This document shows, piece after piece, positions 63,818 to 64,000 of a DNA stretch of 64,000 nt. This DNA comes from Mobula hypostoma. Its lineage: Eukaryota. Made by a program: the position numbers and the translations under genes. The DNA is taken from positions 53,756,001 through 53,820,000 of the forward strand of contig NC_086097.1 of the NCBI RefSeq assembly GCF_963921235.1, written 5' to 3'. Position 1 is the first letter of the stretch, and each line of letters starts with the position of its first letter. The notes under the pieces were generated by a model. The model had not been told where the DNA came from. It searched no databases and saw only the letters and a program-made list of their open reading frames with translations.

Positions 63818-64000
63818 CTGTAAACATGCAAAAAATAAGGAAAAAATGACAGAGTGATTATTCACCCAACAATGTGCATTTTAGCGCAAATAAATATTAG
63901 CAATTGTGTAAAACAATATATCAACAAATGGAGAAAATGCTCATGGTATTCAGTGTTCAGTGCAGAACTAAAATCATAAAGTTGGGAGGCTTATGCTGGG

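Overview
Repeat-dominated, gene-poor vertebrate DNA, most likely an intron or intergenic region. The repeat complement (abundant CR1 LINEs, Rex1/Babar LINEs, Penelope-like elements, HE1-like V-SINEs) suggests a cartilaginous fish, probably a ray; this is an inference from family recognition. No host protein-coding gene can be identified, and almost every sizeable ORF is transposon-derived or its antisense shadow. Main contents: (1) two independently inserted short-LTR Gypsy elements (about 16.4-20.3 kb and 27380-30939) that share the same in-frame deletion of RT and RNase H, fusing protease to integrase; (2) a four-level nest of six CR1 LINEs (35.7-47.0 kb); (3) a complete 3.5-kb hAT transposon (55635-59158) with TIRs and an 8-bp TSD, whose transposase has a stop codon exactly at the catalytic Glu; (4) four copies of an ORF-less, tRNA-head-less retroposon with a conserved 3' hairpin and (TAATC)n tail; (5) five degenerate Penelope hammerhead ribozyme motifs; (6) two related solo LTRs, a young tRNA-SINE, a 77-bp higher-order minisatellite, and a strong candidate 13-nt minus-strand microexon near the right end. 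Boundaries were read by eye. Those defined by TSDs are precise; others may be off by tens of bases.
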